64,000 nt of DNA, from contig CM059443.1 in the NCBI GenBank assembly GCA_030390025.1, positions 4,650,001-4,714,000 of the forward strand, given 5' to 3'. The DNA is from Squalus acanthias. Taxonomy: Eukaryota. Below the pieces are notes generated by a model. That model did not search any database, was not told the origin of the DNA, and saw nothing but the letters and a program-made list of their open reading frames with translations. Positions 25,093 through 38,196 of the stretch are shown here, piece by piece; the first letter of the stretch is position 1; each line of letters starts with the position of its first letter. The position numbers and the translations under genes were made by a program.

Positions 25093-28000
25093 AACGGTAG
25101 CGTAGTGGTAATGTCACTGGGCTAGTAATCCAGAGACCTGGACCAATGATCCACGAACGTGAGTTCAAATCCCACCATTTAAATTCAGTTAATTAAATAA
25201 ATCTGGAATAAAAAGCTAGTTCAGTAATGGTAACCATGAAACTATCGGATTGTCGTAAAAACCCATCTGGTTCACTAATGTCCTTTAGGGAAGAAAATCT
25301 GCCGTCCATACCTGGTCTGGCCTATATGTGACTCCAGACCCCCAGCAATGTCTTTGACTCTTAACTGCCCTCTGAAACGGCCTAGCAAGTCACTCAGTTG
25401 TAACAAACCGCTATGAAACAAAATAATAAGAATGAAACCGGACGGACCACGTGGCATCGACCTCGGCACTGGCTACAGACACGGCAACGGCAATGGCACA
25501 CCCAGCCCAGTTGAACCTGCAAAATCCTCCTCACCAACACTTGTGCCAAAATTGGGAGAGCTGTCCCACAGACTAGTCAAGCAACAGCCTGACAGAATCA
25601 TACTTTCAGCCAATGTCCCAAACTCCTCCATCACCATCCCTGGGTATGTCCTATCCCACCGGCAGGACAGACCCTCCAGGGGTGGTGGCACAGTGGTATA
25701 CAGTCGGGACGGAGTCCTCAACATTGACTCCGGACCCCATGAAGTCTCATGGCTTCAGGTCAAGCATGGGCAAGAAAACCTCCTGCTGATTACCACCTAC
25801 TGCCCTCCCTCAGCTGATCAATCAGTACTCCTCCATGTTGAACACCACTTGGAAGAAGCACTGAGAATAGCAAGGGCACATAATGTACTCTGGGTGGGGG
25901 ACTTCAATGTCCATCACCAAGAGTGATTCGGTAGCACCACTACTGACTGAGCTGGCCGAGTCCTGAAAGATATAACTGCCAGACAGGTGGTGAGAGAACC
26001 AACACAAGGGGAAAAACCCACTTGAGCTTGTCCTCACCAATCTACCTGTCGCAGATGCATCTGTCCATGACAGTATTGGTAGCAGTGACCACCGTGGAGA
26101 CGAAGTCCCATCTTCACACTGAGGACACCCTCCATCGTGTTGTGTGGCACGCCCACAGTGCTAAATGGGATAGATTCAGAACAGATCCAGCAGCTCAAAA
26201 CTGGGCATCCATGAGGCGCTGTGGGCCATCAGCAGCTGCAGAATTGTATTCCACCACAATCTGTAACCTCATGGCCCGGCATATCCCTCACTCTACCATT
26301 ACCGCCAAGCCAGGGGACCAACACTGGTTCAGTAAGGAGTGTAGAAGAGCATGCCAGGAGCAGCACCAGGCGCACCTAAAAATGATGTGCCAACCTGGGG
26401 AAGCTGCAACACAGGACTACATGCATGCTAAAAAACGGAAGCAGCATGCTGTAGACCGAGCTAAGAGATCCCACAATAAACGGATCAGATCAAAGCTCTG
26501 CAGTCCTGCCACATCCAGTCGTGAATGGTGGTGAACCATTAAACAACTAACGGGAGGAGGAGGCTCCATGAATATCCCCATCCTCAATGATGGTGGGGCC
26601 CAGCACGTGAGTGCAAAAGACAAGGCTGAAGCGTTTGCAACCACCTTCAGCCAGAAGAGCCGAGTGGATGATCCATATCGGCCAACTCCTGAGGTCCCCA
26701 CCATCACAGAAGCCAGTCTTCAGCCAATTCGATTCACTCCACGTGATATCAAGAAATGGCTGAGCGCACTGGATACAGCAAAGGCTATGGGCCCCAACAA
26801 CATCCCGGCTATCGTGCTGAAGACTTGTGCTCCAGAACTAGCCAAGCTGTTCCAGTATAGCTACAACGCTGGCATTTATCCGACAATGTGGAAAACTGCC
26901 CAGGTATATCCTGTCCACAAAAAGCAGGACAAATCCAACCCGGCCAATTACCGCTCCATCAGTCTACTCTCAATCATCAGAGTGATGGAAGGTGTCGTTG
27001 ACAGTGCTATCAAGCGGCACTTATTCACCAATAACCTGCTCACTGATGCCCAGTTTGGGTTCCGCAAAGACCACTCAGCTCCCAACCTCATTACAGCCTT
27101 GGTCCAAACATGGACAAAGGAGCTGAATTCCAGAGGTGAGGTGAGAGTGACAGCCCTTGACATCAAGGCAGCATTTGACCGAGTGTGGCATCAAGGAGCC
27201 CTAGTAAAACTGAAGTCAATGGGAATCGAGGGGAAAATGCTCCACTGGCTGGAGTCATACCTAGCACAAAGGAAGATGGTTGTTGTGGTTGAAGGTCAAT
27301 CATCACAGCCCCAAAACATTGCTGCAGGAGTTCCTCAGGGCAGTGTCCTAGGCCCAACCTACTTCAACTGCTTCATCAATGGCCTTCCCTCCAACATAAG
27401 GTCAGAAATGGGGATGTTCGCTGATGACTGCACAGTGTTCAGCGCCATTCACAGCTCCTCAGATAATAAAGCAGTCCATGCCCACATGCAACAAGGCCTG
27501 GACGACGTTCAGGCTTGGGCTGATAAGTGGCAGGTAATATTCGCACCACAGAAGTGCCAGGCAATGACTATCTCCAAAAAGCGAGAGCCTAACCAACTCC
27601 CCTTGACATTCAACGGCATTACCATCGCTGAATCCCCCACCATCAACATCCTGGGGGCCACCAGAAACTTAACTGGACCAGCCACATAAATACTGTGGCA
27701 ACAAGAGCAGGTCAGAGGCTAGGTATTCTGTGGCAAGTGTCTCACCTCCTGACTCCCCAAAGCCTTTCCACCATCTACAAGGCACAAGTAAGGAGTGTGA
27801 TGGAATACTCCCCACTTGCCTGGATGAGTGCAGCTCCAACAACACTCATGAAGCTCGACACCATCCAGGACAAAGCAGCCCGCTTGATTGGTACCCCATC
27901 CACTTAAACATTCACTCCCTCCACCACCAGCGTACTGTGGCTGCAGTGTGTACCATCTACAAGATGCACTGCAGCAACTCACCAAGGCTTCTTCGGCAGC

Positions 28001-28309
28001 ACCTCCCAAACCCGCGACCTCTTCCACCTAGAAGGACAAGGGCAGCAGGCACATGGGAACACCACCACCTCCAAGTTCCCCTCCAAGTCACACACCATCC
28101 TGACTTAGAAGTATATCGCCGATCCGCCATCATCGCTGGGTCAAAATCCTGGAACTCCCTCCCTAACAGCACTGTGGGAGTACCTTCACCACACGGACTG
28201 CAGTGGTTCAAGAAGGTGGCTCAAGACCACCTTCTCAAGGGCAATTAGTGATGGCAATAAATGCTGGCCTTGCCAGTGACGCCCACATCCCATAAACGAA
28301 TAAAAAAAA
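25093..28309 (+). mobile_element. About 3.2-kb single-ORF APE-RT LINE (CR1-group) with a tRNA-like 5' head; decayed
   Basis: A box TAGCGTAGTGG (25098), B box GTTCAAATCC (25163); APE motifs (GGGTVVY, VGDFNVHH); RT motifs ([26 protein letters not shown]); 3' end gcaataaatgctggcc...cccataaacgaat(A)8. Confidence 0.85.
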
Positions 28310-28749
28310 GTTGAAATCTCCCATGATTGTTATTCTATGTTTTTTACTCCTTTCCCTAATTTGTCTGCTTATTTCTTCCTCCACCTCCCTTCCATTATTA
28401 GGTGCTCTGTAGAATACGACTATTAGTGTGATTGATCCTTTATTATCTTTTATCTCTAGCTAAATGGATTCTATTTTTGTCTTGCTGATATCTGCGTCAC
28501 TTTTTTCTACTGCCATTATGTTATCCCTAATAAGTACAGCTACTCCTCCTCCCCTTTTTCCCTCCCTATCTTTTCTAAATATGTTATACCCTGCAATGTT
28601 TAATTCCCAGTCCTGTTTTCTTCTGTAGCCATGTCTCAGTAATCCCTACTATGTTTGGTTCCTCACAATGCATGATTGCCTCCAGCTCCCCTGTTCTATT
28701 ACAGACACTGTGTGCATTGCTTTACAGGCAGTTTAATCAGGATCTAATC

Positions 28750-29440
28750 ATCCACCTGCAATACCAGTGAACACAACCCCAATTCCCCAGTCACCATAAA
28801 TCCCACACCTTAGCTTCCCTCTGTTACTGACCATAACAGTGTCATCTTGGTCTCTATGTTGAAATAAAAGCTGCCACAAAGCAAACATTCCAGTCCAGCT
28901 TTATACATCTATTTATCCAATATTACATCAAAAAATCAACTAATCACCATTCTGCATTCCCGTGGTGACTTGCTTTCGTGTGCCTTTGCCTATCTTAGTG
29001 TGCCTACGCAGTGCTACCCCAGTGGCTGCAGCATGGCTGGTGGAAGGTTGCTGACTTTCAGTGGGGGAAGACTACAGATGGGCTTGCAAGACAACCTCAA
29101 GGAGCTTTGGGCCGAGGAGGCCACGCATCTGACTGCACCACCTCGGCATGGGCGGCAACAGTCTGGGCTGGCTGGCTGACAGGCAACAGCAAGGGCAGTA
29201 GCAGAGTGGCAGTGGTGGGAGTACAAATTGTTGTCATCCTGAGAGAGGACAGCAGGGTTAACCTCCACGGATTTGTTGCCACTCCCCTGCGGCAGTGCCT
29301 CAGCAATCCTAGTAATCTGCTGGAGTAGAGACTGCTGGACTGCTGTGACACCCTGCAAACCCCTTTCAACACTGGTAAACCCAGCCATGATGGCAGCAGT
29401 CAATGCTTGCCTGGCAGCACTCAGACATTGGGTGGCAGGC
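28750..29440 (-). mobile_element. Harbinger Myb/SANT ORF2 C-terminal remnant
   Basis: AIMAGFTSVERG...NPAVLSQD is homologous to TIVAGFTSVNQG at about 10270-10440 and to 16300-16400. Confidence 0.55.
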
Positions 29441-30029
29441 AGAAGGCACCTCCCCTTTAAGTGCAGGGAGCAGGGGCGTACACCACTGTTTATCTCCCTC
29501 CAGGCTCAAATTCCTTCTTATTCACGCACTTTAATTTTAATCAACAAGCCTCTTATGTTGCACCTTATCAACAACATCTGCTCCATTTCCTTCATCAATA
29601 CACTCTCTCCAAGAATTCTATTAAATTTTTACAGACATGACTTGGCTCTTATGAAACCAAGTTGGCTCTCCTTAATAAGCCCATCTCTCTAAGCGAGTAT
29701 TAATTCATTCTGTATTGTGGCCCCTCAAAGCTCACCACAGCTGCTGTTAATCTGACTCTTTATAAAGGAATAAACTAGGTAACTAAGACCAGAGGTGTTA
29801 CATTGGCAGCTCTCGAGACATCGGACCCAACTTCTATATCCAAGGATCTTTGACAGATTGTGATCAAACACTGGTTTGGCCTCAACTGGAGTGTTGTGTC
29901 CAATTCTGGGCACCGCACTTTAGGAAGGATGTGAAGGCCTTACAGAGGGTGCAGAAAAGATTTACGAGAATGATTCCAGGGATGAGAGACTACAATTACG
30001 TGGATAGACTGGAGAAGCTGGGATTGTTA

Positions 30030-31148
30030 TGTGAAGGAATAAGCCATATTCAGAAAAATACACCATTCTATGAAAGAATTCTGGATTTATTAAAACATGA
30101 CATACTAGGTCTGGAAATCTGGAAGCCTCAACAATCTAAAATTGTTAACAGCATTCGGGCTATTGGGATAAGATAAGTTGTTGACACTGAATCAATAACC
30201 TATTGAAACAGGATGTTGGAGGCTCCTGAAGTCTGAAGCTTTGGAAAGAACACAATGGTACACCCTGGTTGAGGTGTTTTAATTTACACTTCATAAAAAG
30301 ACACAAACAGAAGACCTTGGTAAAAATGACATCAAATAGATGCACCTGCTGTTACACCGTATTTGTGTTAAGCTTAAGACACCTACACAGGAGACATAAT
30401 TCTGCATTGCTACCAGCTGTGGTGACTGTAAGGATAGCAGGGGTCAGCAGAAAAATGACTAGAGATAATTAGCTTACATCAGCAGAAAACTTCAAAGGAA
30501 AAACCACTGAAAAAGGATATAAATATTGAACTTTCAAATGGGATGATAGATTCGCTGTAAAGGGGCAAAGCGATTCTCAGGCTTCAGAGGCAGCTCTGTA
30601 AGTCTACAACTCTTTGTACCTCGGGGGTCAAGCTATTGTACTGTATTTGATTTTGGTGGATATCCTGGAATAAAGACTAAGTACTGTAAAAATGTAGCGA
30701 AGTTAAGATCTGATAATAAGAATTGTAAGCTTTCTCTTTTTGGAACTGTTAATGTTGCGATTGAAACACCTACTGTAATTACATGTCGGTTCTTTAATAA
30801 ATCTATGTATTTTTAGAATTGTCTCACATAGTACTTCTGTATCAAACTTGCGAACTCAATCTCTGTACACTCTTTGGTGAGGAGTTGCAGAATTCTGGGG
30901 GAGTTTTCCAGACCCTCATAATATCCGGAACGTTACAGTCCAGCTAAACATATTAAAAGTGCTATCTGGAGGATGGTAACATCTTCAGGTTGTTCCTTTC
31001 CTTTAGGGAGAGATGGTCCAGACCTTTAGACCCAATTAAGCGTCTTTAGGATTCGGCTACCTCAAACTTTAGTTGAAAGTGAACGTCTGGGGAATATGCC
31101 TGATCTGGGGTAGCCCTAAAGGGGCTAGGACTAGTAATTATCCCTTCA
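30030..31148 (+). repeat. 5' LTR of the foamy-like provirus
   Basis: TGTGAAGG...CTTCA; TATAAATA 30518-30525; GTAAGT 30598-30603; AATAAA near 30669 and 30796. Confidence 0.92.
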
Positions 31149-31150
31149 GT

Positions 31151-31168
31151 TGGCGCCCAACGTGTGTG
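31151..31168 (+). promoter_or_regulatory. Primer-binding site, tRNA-Lys(CUU)
   Basis: TGGCGCCCAACGTG, a 14-nt perfect match to the Lys1,2 PBS used by foamy viruses, 2 nt after the LTR terminal CA. Confidence 0.92.
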
Positions 31169-31591
31169 TTAACGAGTTGATACAGCACCTATACTTATAT
31201 TTATATCTATATCCATCTTGTAGGTTGTTAAGTATAGAAGGAGTGTTTTACTGACAGTGGTACTAAGACCCAGATTTAAGTCTCTAAAGACAACAAGTCC
31301 CTGATCAGGCCTTGTAGAACTTAAATCAGAACTCCCTCTGACGTAATAAAGACTCACTACGCACTTGAACATAAAGCAAGGCTTTAATCAACTTGTAACA
31401 AAACATGGAGGTCTAGTTAGCAGTCACTAGCTTCCTGTTTCCAGATTGTCTCTCCCCAAGGTGGGCCCATGCCTGAGTATTTATACGCCCTGGACGGCAC
31501 CCCAGCTGGCCGCCCAGTAGTACTTCCTGAGTTGTTACTTGCGATTTATGACATTCTTCCTCCCTAAAAGGTTTGGAAGTCCAGTCTTCCT

Positions 31592-34500
31592 TTAACGGAC
31601 TAGGCGGACCAGAAATAGCCGTAGACGTTTAGCTCTCTGCTTGTGAGTGGAAGGCACGTCTCCCCGGACCGTGTCCTGGTCCCTGGGTCGCTTGGCCCGT
31701 ACCGGTAAGTCAGTAGAGTCCGCGTCATCTTGATCATCCTGTGGAGGACTGGGAATATCATGACTCCGGGTGCGGGTCCCCACAGGTGCTGAGCTGGCCT
31801 CATCCCGGGTCGTGGCTGGAGATTGTCCGGCGTCCTGGTTTCGGGTGGCCATCCTACGGGGAGCGTCCAGCTCCCTGAGTTGATCCGGTAGCGTTGCCGG
31901 CAGATCCCCCGATGTCCCAGGCGGGGCGTCATTTTCATAGGGGTGCGGAGTGTTGATATCATTGTCGGGGGATCCTTCATCATTCGGCCCCGTGTGACCG
32001 GTTGGGCAGGGAGCCAGATCTCGGAGCGAGACGGTGGTCTCCCGGCCATCAGGTTACCGTACGTGCGCATACGTGGGGTTTACCTCCGTTAACTCCACCT
32101 CGTCAACGAGAGGGTCGTTTTTGGCAGACCGGACGAACCTCCGGAGTAGCACCGGGCCTGGAGCCACCAACCATGACGGTAGAGACGTCCCATGTGTAGA
32201 GCGACGCCGGAATTTGAAGAATCGCTCATGAGGCGTGACATTAGTAGATGTGGAGAGAAGAGACCTGATAGAGTGTAACGCGTCGGGGAGCACCGTTTCC
32301 CACTGCTGGTCCGGCAGGTTGCGTGACCTTAGTGCCAGACGGACAGCGTTCCAGATGATGGCATTGTATCGTTCAACCTGTCAGTTACCGATTGGGTGAT
32401 ATGGTGTCGTCTTACTTGAGCCGATTCCCCGTTGGGAGAGATAACTTTTAAGTTCACTCGACATAAAGGAGGGACCCCGATCAGTGTGGATAAAATTGGC
32501 CGTCCCGCAAAGGGAAAAGACCTGATCGAGGCATTTAATTACCGTAGAGGTAAGCATATTAGGGCAGGGGAAGGCGAAGGGAAAGCGTGAATACTCGTCC
32601 ACCATCGTAAGTAGGTAGGTGTTCCTTGTCGACGAAGGCAATGGCCCTTTAAAGTCTATGCTGAGCCTCTGCATAGGCTGCATTGCATGTATGAGTAAGC
32701 CATCTGATGGGCGAAAGAATTGTGGTTTCAATTCTGCACAAATCCTACAGGAGGAGCATGTTTTCTTTACGTCCTCGGTTGAAAATGGTAGATTTTTGGA
32801 GCGCACAAAGTGCAACATGCGGGTCACACCAGGATGGCATAAGTCCATATGCAAATCCGCCAGAGTCGACGTTGACATTGAGGAGCAAAATGCCCGTGTG
32901 AAGGTATCTGGGGCCACGTTCTGTTTGCCGGGTCGGTAACAGATAGTATATCCAAAGGCAGCCAGCTCCATCCTCCAGAGTTGAATTTTATTATTTTTGA
33001 TTTTCGTGCGCCTCCGGTTATCCAACATGAAGGCCACAGAGCACTGGTCAGTTATAAGCGTAAAATGACGCCGAGCAAGAAAATGACCCCATTGGCGTAC
33101 AGCCTCGATGATGGCCGTAGCCTCCTTCTCGACGGGGGGGTAATGGAGCTCGCTACCCTGCAAGGTTCTGGATAGGAATGCCACGGGTCGGCCACCTTGA
33201 TTCAAGGTAGCGGAGATCGCCACCTCCGATGCATCGCATTCGACCACAAAAGGAAGATTTTCGTCAATGGAGCGAAGCGTGGCTTTCTCCAGCTGTCGTT
33301 TGAGGAGGTTGAAGGCAGAAATAGCCATAGCTTCCAATGGAAAAGACTTCGCATGGAGCAGGGGCTGTATTTTATCGGAGAAGTGTGGTATCCATTTTGC
33401 GTAATAAGCAAACATGCCAAGTGCCCGACGAAGAGAGCCGAGGTTCGTCGGGGGAGGGAGCTCCTGAAGTGGACGAAGTCGCTCTGGGTCCGGTTTAATA
33501 ACACCGTTGCCCACCCAGTAGCCAAGAATGTTCACCGATGGCACCGACTTCACCGATTTGGATTCGTTTAACGTTAAGTGGCGACGGCGGAGTACGTCAA
33601 AAAATCTCTGAAGATTGGCGTCATGCTCCTTTTGATCATGGCCGGCAATAGTGATATTGTCTAAATACGGAAAGGTATCCGTCAAGTTCTCTTGCCGGAC
33701 TAGGCCATCCATGGCCCGTTGGAAGACGGCCACCCCATTGGTGACCCCGAATGGAAGGCGGCGAAACTGGAAAAGCCGACCATTGGCCTCAAAGGCCGTA
33801 TACTTCTTGTCGGAGTCTTGCAGTGGCACCTGATGGTACGCGCTTTTTAAATCGAAGGTCGAGAATACCTTGTATTTGGCAAGGTTGTTGACCATGTCAT
33901 CTATGCATGGCAGCGGGTAGGCATCCAGATCGGTATATTGATTAATAGTCTGCGAATAATCGATACACAGACGTTTTTTATGTTGTTTTAAGGGATTCCT
34001 CACGATGACGACCTGAGCCCGCCAGGGAGATGAACATGGCTCGATAATACCGTCGACTAAAAGGCGAGAGATTTCCGCCTCAATAAACGCTCGATCGTCT
34101 TGGCTAAAGCGCCGCGATTTGGTGGCTATGGGTTTACAGCGGGGGGGAAGATTGGCAAACAGGGAGGGTTCACCGAGTAAGGCCGCCGAGAGTGCACAAA
34201 ACGGCACCTTAGAAATGGTAAGCTCCGGCCTTGACCCTCCAAACTCAAAAGTGATCTTCTTGTGCTGCTTCTGGAAGTCCTGTCCCAGAAGCACATCGCT
34301 ACATAAGTTTTCGAGTACTCCGAGCCGGGTGGAGAGATACGTGCGGCCGTTGAGGATGAGGTTGACAAGACAGAAGCCAGAAGAATTGGTGGTCAGAGTC
34401 GTCAGAGCCATTGCAATCTCCCTGTCCGAGGGATAAGTGTGCAGTTTTAACCTGTTGACAGCCCGCTTACTAATGAAGCTGTCAGAGCTGCAGGAGTCGA

Positions 34501-34717
34501 TTAGCGCGCTTAGAGTGTGCCCATTTACTGAAACCTCAATATAATCATACACATGAGGAGACACGTAGTTGATAAGCATTCGTAACTTATTAGGGACATC
34601 CGCCCCACATTCTTCAAGAAAGTTGCTAAAGGTACGAAACCAATGCTTCCATACCTTCGCTGCCGCAGGTGCATTCGGGTCCAGGTCGAGACGAGCGGGT
34701 CTAAGGAGTTTTTCCAT
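31592..34717 (-). pseudogene. Gypsy gag(truncated)-PR-RT-RH-IN polyprotein, copy A; in-frame stops at 32381 and 32054
   Basis: PR IDSCSSDSFI; RT CIDYS / DLKSAYHQ / PFG / YLDN; RH CDASE, EKEA, TDQ; IN H-H-C-C, IDFKGPLP, HTDRG, then GN*QVERYN and HVR*PDGRETTVS in the same frame. Confidence 0.92.
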
Positions 34718-35070
34718 GATGGATCAGTTTCTTGCCCTAGTTCCCTTCTGTGGTTCGAGTTGCAGCTGGTTGTTCCAAATCACCCAAAGCGTGGAGACGA
34801 TACCAAGTTGATTAAATTGATGTAATAAAGACTCACTACGCACTTGAACATAAAGCAAGGCTTTAATCAACTTGTAACAAAACATGGAGGTCTAGTTAGC
34901 AGTCACTAGCTTCCTGTTTCCAGATTGTCTCTCCCCAAGGTGGGCCCATGCCTGAGTATTTATACTCCCTGGACGGCGCCCCAGCTGGCCGCCCAGTAGT
35001 ACTTCCTGAGTTGTTACTTGCGATTTATGACATTCTTCCTCCCTAAAAGGTTTGGAAGTCCAGTCTTCCT

Positions 35071-38000
35071 TTAACGGACTAGGCGGACCAGAAATAGCCG
35101 TAGACGTTTAGCTCTCTGCTTGTGACTGGAAGGCACGTCTCCCCGGACCGTGTCCTGGTCCCTGGGTCGCTTGGCCCGTACCGGTAAGTCAGTAGAGTCC
35201 GCGTCATCTTGATCATCCTGTGGAGGACTGGGAATATCATGACTCCGGGTGCGGGTCCCCACAGGTGCTGAGCTGGCCTCATCCCGGGTCGTGGCTGGAG
35301 ATTGTCCGGCGTCCTGGTTTCGGGTGGCCATCCTACGGGGAGCGTCCAGCTCCCTGAGTTGATCCGGTAGCGTTGCCGGCAGATCCCCCGATGTCCCAGG
35401 CGGGGCGTTATTTTCATAGGGGTGCGGAGTGTTGATATCATTGTCGGGGGATCCTTCATCATTCGGGCCCGTGTGACCGGTTGGGCAGGGAGCCAGATCT
35501 CGGAGCGAGACGGTGGTCTCCCGGCCATCAGGTTACCGTACGTGCGCATACGTGGGGTTTACCTCCGTTAACTCCACCTCGTCAACGAGAGGGTCGTTTT
35601 TGGCAGACCGGACGAACCTCCGGAGTAGCACCGGGCCTGGAGCCACCAACCATGACGGTAGAGACGTCCCATGTGTAGAGCGACGCCGGAATTTGAAGAA
35701 TCGCTCATGAGGCGTGACATTAGTAGATGTGGAGAGAAGAGACCTGATAGAGTGTAACGCGTCGGGGAGCACCGTTTCCCACTGCTGGTCCGGCAGGTTG
35801 CGTGACCTTAATGCCAGACGGACAGCGTTCCAGATGATGGCATTGTATCGTTCAACCTGTCAGTTACCGATTGGGTGATATGGTGTCGTCTTACTTGAGG
35901 CGATTCCCCGTTGGGAGAGATAACTTTTAAGTTCACTCGACATAAAGGAGGGACCCCGATCAGTGTGGATAAAATTGGCCGTCCCGCAAAGGGAAAAGAC
36001 CTGATCGAGGCATTTAATTACCGTAGAGGTAAGCATATTAGGGCAGGGGAAGGCGAAGGGAAAGCGTGAATACTCGTCCACCATCGTAAGTAGGTAGGTG
36101 TTCCTTGTCGACGAAGGCAATGGCCCTTTAAAGTCTATGCTGAGCCTCTGCATAGGCTGCATTGCATGTATGAGTAAGCCATCTGATGGGCGAAAGAATT
36201 GTGGTTTCAATTCTGCACAAATCCTACAGGAGGAGCATGTTTTCTTTACGTCCTCGGTTGAAAATGGTAGATTTTTGGAGCGCACAAAGTGCAACATGCG
36301 GGTCACACCAGGATGGCATAAGTCCATATGCAAATCCGCCAGAGTCGACGTTGACATTGAGGAGCAAAATGCCCGTGTGAAGGTATCTGGGGCCACGTTC
36401 TGTTTGCCGGGTCGGTAACAGATAGTATATCCAAAGGCAGCCAGCTCCATCCTCCAGAGTTGAATTTTATTATTTTTGATTTTCGTGCGCCTCCGGTTAT
36501 CCAACATGAAGGCCACAGAGCACTGGTCAGTTATAAGCGTAAAATGACGCCGAGCAAGAAAATGACCCCATTGGCGTACAGCCTCGATGATGGCCGTAGC
36601 CTCCTTCTCGACGGGGGGGTAATGGAGCTCGCTACCCTGCAAGGTTCTGGATAGGAATGCCACGGGTCGGCCACCTTGATTCAAGGTAGCGGAGATCGCC
36701 ACCTCCGATGCATCGCATTCGACCACAAAAGGAAGATTTTCGTCAATGGAGCGAAGCGTGGCTTTCTCCAGCTGTCGTTTGAGGAGGTTGAAGGCAGAAA
36801 TAGCCGTAGCTTCCAATGGAAAAGACTTCGCATGGAGCAGGGGCTGTATTTTATCGGAGAAGTGTGGTATCCATTTTGCGTAATAAGCAAACATGCCAAG
36901 TGCCCGACGAAGAGAGCCGAGGTTCGTCGGGGGAGGGAGCTCCTGAAGTGGACGAAGTCGCTCTGGGTCCGGTTTAATAACACCGTTGCCCACCCAGTAG
37001 CCAAGAATGTTCACCGATGGCACCGACTTCACCGATTTGGATTCGTTTAATGTTAAGTGGCGACGGCGGAGTACGTCAAAAAATCTCTGAAGATTGGCGT
37101 CATGCTCCTTTTGATCATGGCCGGCAATAGTGATATTGTCTAAATACGGAAAGGTATCCGTCAAGTTCTCTTGCCGGACTAGGCCATCCATGGCCCGTTG
37201 GAAGACGGCCACCCCATTGGTGACCCCGAATGGAAGGCGGCGAAACTGGAAAAGCCGACCATTGGCCTCAAAGGCCGTATACTTCTTGTCGGAGTCTTGC
37301 AGTGGCACCTGATGGTACGCGCTTTTTAAATCGAAGGTCGAGAATACCTTGTATTTGGCAAGGTTGTTGACCATGTCATCTATGCATGGCAGCGGGTAGG
37401 CATCCAGATTGGTATATTGATTAATAGTCTGCGAATAATCGATACACAGACGTTTTTTATGTTGTTTTAAGGGATTCCTCACGATGACGACCTGAGCCCG
37501 CCAGGGAGATGAACATGGCTCGATAATACCGTCGACTAAAAGGCGAGAGATTTCCGCCTCAATAAACGCTCGATCGTCTTGGCTAAAGCGCCGCGATTTG
37601 GTGGCTATGGGTTTACAGCGGGGGGGAAGATTGGCAAACAGGGAGGGTTCACCGAGTAAGGCCGCCGAGAGTGCACAAAACGGCACCTTAGAAATGGTAA
37701 GCTCCGGCCTTGACCCTCCAAACTCAAAAGTGATCTTCTTGTGCTGCTTCTGGAAGTCCTGTCCCAGAAGCACATCGCTACATAAGTTTTCGAGTACTCC
37801 GAGCCGGGTGGAGAGATACGTGCGGCCGTTGAGGATGAGGTTGACAAGACAGAAGCCAGAAGAATTGGTGGTCAGAGTCGTCAGAGCCATTGCAATCTCC
37901 CTGTCCGAGGGATAAGTGTGCAGTTTTAACCTATTGACAGCCCGCTTACTAATGAAGCTGTCAGAGCTGCAGGAGTCGATTAGCGCGCTTAGAGTGTGCC

Positions 38001-38196
38001 CATTTACTGAAACCTCAATATAATCATACACATGAGGAGACACGTAGTTGATAAGCATTCGTAACTTATTAGGGACATCCGCCCCACATTCTTCAAGAAA
38101 GTTGCTAAAGGTACGAAACCAATGCTTCCATACCTTCGCTGCCGCAGGTGCATTCGGGTCCAGGTCGAGACGAGCGGGTCTAAGGAGTTTTTCCAT
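35071..38196 (-). pseudogene. Gypsy polyprotein, copy B; same two stops (35860, 35533)
   Basis: Near-identical to copy A; 778-aa ORFs differ at 3 residues. Confidence 0.92.

Noticed and set aside
32375-32385. TGA-C in integrase as programmed readthrough
   Set aside because: It replaces the conserved Gly of GNGQVER and a second stop (TAA) follows; simple inactivation before the duplication explains both.
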